A stretch of DNA of 64,000 bases from Opitutales bacterium (GTDB taxonomy: Bacteria > Verrucomicrobiota > Verrucomicrobiia > Opitutales > Coraliomargaritaceae). The translations under genes were made by a program, and so were the position numbers. The stretch covers positions 18,911 through 82,910 of the forward strand of contig JBMYNR010000004.1 of the NCBI GenBank assembly GCA_049598495.1, in the 5' to 3' direction. How positions within the stretch are numbered: the first letter of the stretch is position 1; every line of letters begins with the position of its first letter. Below the pieces are notes generated by a model that was not told the origin of the DNA, did not search any database, and worked only from the letters and a program-made list of their open reading frames with translations. Positions 61,789-64,000 of the stretch are shown here, in pieces.

Positions 61789-63288
61789 GTGAAAACTTCC
61801 AAAACCATCGAAAACCCAGACGTCATTCTCATCGGCAGCGGCATTATGTCCGCCACCTTGGGCACCATGCTCAAAGAGCTAGACCCCGCGCTGAAAATCC
61901 AACTCTACGAAATGACGGAGAGCTTCGCGCAAGAGGCATCGAATGGCTGGCACAATGCCGGCACGGGACACGCGGGCATTTGCGAGTTGAGTTACACCCC
62001 CGACTATGGACCCGACGGCAAGGTCAAAGTCGCCAAGGCCATCGAGATCTTCCAACAATTTGAGCACTCCAAACAATTCTGGGGCTACGCCGCGCGCAAG
62101 GGCATCCTCAAAAATAGCCGCGAGTGCATCAACCCCGTCCCCCACCTCAGCTTTGTCTACGGGCAAGCGCAGGTAGACTTCCTCAAATCGCGCTTCGAGG
62201 GCATGCAGGCCCACCACTTCTTCAAGGACATGGAATACACCGAAGATCGCGAGCAGATTAAAGAGTGGGCCCCGCTGCTACTCGCCGGTCGCGATGACAC
62301 GCCGATTGCCGCAACCAAGATGGAGCCCGGCACCGACGTCAACTACGGCGTCCTGGCCAGTAAAATGATCGAGTGGTTGGGCGCACAGCCCGGCGCCGGC
62401 TATGCCACCTCCCACCGCATCACCAATCTCACCAAAGTCGGCGATCGCTGGGAAGTCGAGGGCGTCAACCTCAAGACCAAAGCACGCTTCAAAAACTCCG
62501 CAAAGTTCGTCTTCATCGGCGCGGGCGGCGGCAGCTTACCCCTCTTGCAAAAGTCCGGCATTCCCGAGAGCAAAGGCTTTGGCGGCTTCCCGATTGGCGG
62601 CCAATGGTTAATCTGCGACAAACCCGAAATCGTCGAAAAACACATGGCCAAAGTCTATGGCATGTCCCCCGGCGCGGCGCCGACCATGGCAGTCCCGCAC
62701 TTGGACACCCGGATTATCAACGGCAAAAAAGCCATCCTCTTTGGACCCTACGCCGCCTGGACGACCAAGTTCTTGCACGTGGAGGGCAAATTCACCGATC
62801 TGCCCAAGTCGATCCGCACCGACAACATTGCCTCACTGATCAAAGTCGGCCTGCACAATATCCCACTGGTGCGCTACCTGATCCAGCAAGGCACCCAGAG
62901 CATGCAAACTCGCATGAAAGAACTGAAGGCCTTCTTCCCCGACGCTCAGACCAGCGATTGGAAATTGATCGATGCCGGTATCCGCGTCCAAGCGATCAAA
63001 AAAGAAGACGGCGACGCCGGCATCGTGCACTTTGGCACCGAAATCCTCACCTCTGCCGACAACTCCATCTCCGCCCTACTGGGCGCCTCCCCCGGAGCCT
63101 CCGTCTCCGCCAACGTGATTTTAAACATCATCAAGCGCTGCTTCCCAGAAAAGCTGGCCAGCGAAGAGGGCCGCAAAAACATGCAAGCCATGATCCCGTC
63201 CTACGACGAAGACCTTTCGCAACCCGAAATGGCCAGCCGCCAACAAGCGCTCAGCGAACAAGCCTTCGCCTCACTGGATTGTTTGTAG
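61789..63288 (+). CDS. mqo: Malate:quinone oxidoreductase family flavoprotein
   Basis: LIGSGIMSATL, NAGTGHAGICELSYT, VPHLDTR and LLGASPGAS motifs. Confidence 0.92.
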   Translation: MKTSKTIENPDVILIGSGIMSATLGTMLKELDPALKIQLYEMTESFAQEASNGWHNAGTGHAGICELSYTPDYGPDGKVKVAKAIEIFQQFEHSKQFWGYAARKGILKNSRECINPVPHLSFVYGQAQVDFLKSRFEGMQAHHFFKDMEYTEDREQIKEWAPLLLAGRDDTPIAATKMEPGTDVNYGVLASKMIEWLGAQPGAGYATSHRITNLTKVGDRWEVEGVNLKTKARFKNSAKFVFIGAGGGSLPLLQKSGIPESKGFGGFPIGGQWLICDKPEIVEKHMAKVYGMSPGAAPTMAVPHLDTRIINGKKAILFGPYAAWTTKFLHVEGKFTDLPKSIRTDNIASLIKVGLHNIPLVRYLIQQGTQSMQTRMKELKAFFPDAQTSDWKLIDAGIRVQAIKKEDGDAGIVHFGTEILTSADNSISALLGASPGASVSANVILNIIKRCFPEKLASEEGRKNMQAMIPSYDEDLSQPEMASRQQALSEQAFASLDCL

Positions 63289-63365
63289 CTTTTTTGGGGA
63301 TGCGGTTATGATAGTGCCCGCTAATCGATAGCGCATTTAATGTGGAATCCATTGGAAATGATTTG

Positions 63366-63549
63366 ATGAATTTGGATGCTGACACCTACTGAAAACTTGT
63401 GGAGCTTGCGCTCGCTCTCGACGACAAAAGCAGCTTCTACTGGAATTTCTATGTCGTCGCTAACATTGCTATATTGGGCTGGATATTATCGAACGGTCAC
63501 AAAATCTTAGGCAAAGCTAGAGCCGTTGGGATTTTAGGCTATCTTACTA
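63366..63549 (+). pseudogene. Remnant of a membrane-protein gene (in-frame TGA at codon 9; cut by mini-element copy 2)
   Basis: ATG at 63366 reads MNLDADTY*KLVELALALDDKSSFYWNFYVVANIAILGW, then runs into the repeat. Confidence 0.45.
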
Positions 63550-63602
63550 AACTGATAGGAATTTGCTTTTTGGCGGCGTCAGTCGCCGGGGGAGAGGGTT
63601 GA
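63550..63602. mobile_element. 53-bp oriIS-like mini-element, copy 2
   Basis: AACTGATAGGAATTTGCTTTTTGGCGGCGTCAGTCGCCGGGGGAGAGGGTTGA; same orientation as copy 1. Confidence 0.7.
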
Positions 63603-63772
63603 TCCTCGACTATTTCGGGTGGTTCCTCGAACTGGGCCTCATCGGGAATGATATACTTAACCATGGTGATGCCACCGAGGATGAATAAGCCTACAGCGTG
63701 AAATACAGCACTTATTATTAAAACGTTAAGAAGGAGCGGATTGAATTTTTTCTTTTTCTGACCCGAAATCAT
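63603..63772 (-). pseudogene. 5' fragment of a membrane-anchored Pro-rich protein gene truncated by the mini-element
   Basis: KKKKFNPLLLNVLIISAVFHAVGLFILGG..EAQFEEPP (TonB-like anchor SxxxH); the last ~20 codons are read from the element. Confidence 0.6.
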
Positions 63773-64000
63773 TTATGTCTGCGGTCGATGCCTTCTAACT
63801 TGCTCTGTAATTTTAACAATCTTAGGACGGTAAATCATTGAGCCATTGACATGAAGGACGCTTTTGTTGCTTTCTCTTGTGAGTAGTCAAAGAAGTGGAC
63901 AGTCCTCGGCTGGCGAGAATCGGTGTGGAATATTCTCTGCCTGGACCGAAACCCCAGAAGAGAAAGAAATGAAAAATTTGAAATATAAAATTTGGGTGGT

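Noticed and set aside
62373..63311. 312-aa alternate-frame ORF overlapping mqo, and similar long antisense ORFs over metG, rpsB and menB
   Set aside because: Arg/Pro-rich or antisense by-products of biased codon usage with no recognisable motifs.
63969..64000. Possible gene start (MKNLKYKIWV) with upstream TTGACA at 63847
   Set aside because: Only 10 codons are in the window; it cannot be assigned.

Overview
Bacterial chromosomal window. Gene content and style suggest Verrucomicrobiota (Opitutia/Coraliomargarita-like); this is an inference. Bases 1-52.7 kb are mostly core genome: an M16 zinc peptidase, a two-subunit Na+/solute symporter, a porin-like gene, a complete urtABCDE-ureABCEFGD urea uptake and urease operon, UDG, a nuclease-DinG helicase, rpmG, a PAS-like protein plus hybrid kinase, lspA, hemW, rpoN, rpsB-tsf, trxA, scpA, lptD, alr, tsaB, glgB, menB and metG. 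The intergenic spaces carry many GTAG-type REP/REPIN elements, two dispersed ~70-bp repeats and a 99-bp TA-ended MITE. Three GG-N10-GC sigma-54-type promoters precede the porin, urtA and glgB. Directly after metG is a mosaic accessory region (52.7-64 kb). It holds a decayed rhamnose/microcompartment-type locus: a truncated Zn-dehydrogenase with an encapsulation-peptide-like N-terminus, frameshifted rhaB, and rhaA and ldh-like fragments joined by an IS3 element. It also holds an intact rhaEW / DeoR-rhaB-mqo module. The most unusual signal is a 53-bp element present twice (52702-52754 and 63550-63602, 49/53 identical). It resembles an IS91-family oriIS with a hairpin, has no transposase, and sits at gene-truncating breakpoints bracketing the 10.8-kb rhamnose island. 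Also notable: alr lacks a canonical start codon upstream of its conserved N-terminus, and the mqo in the rhamnose operon may be an L-lactate:quinone oxidoreductase.
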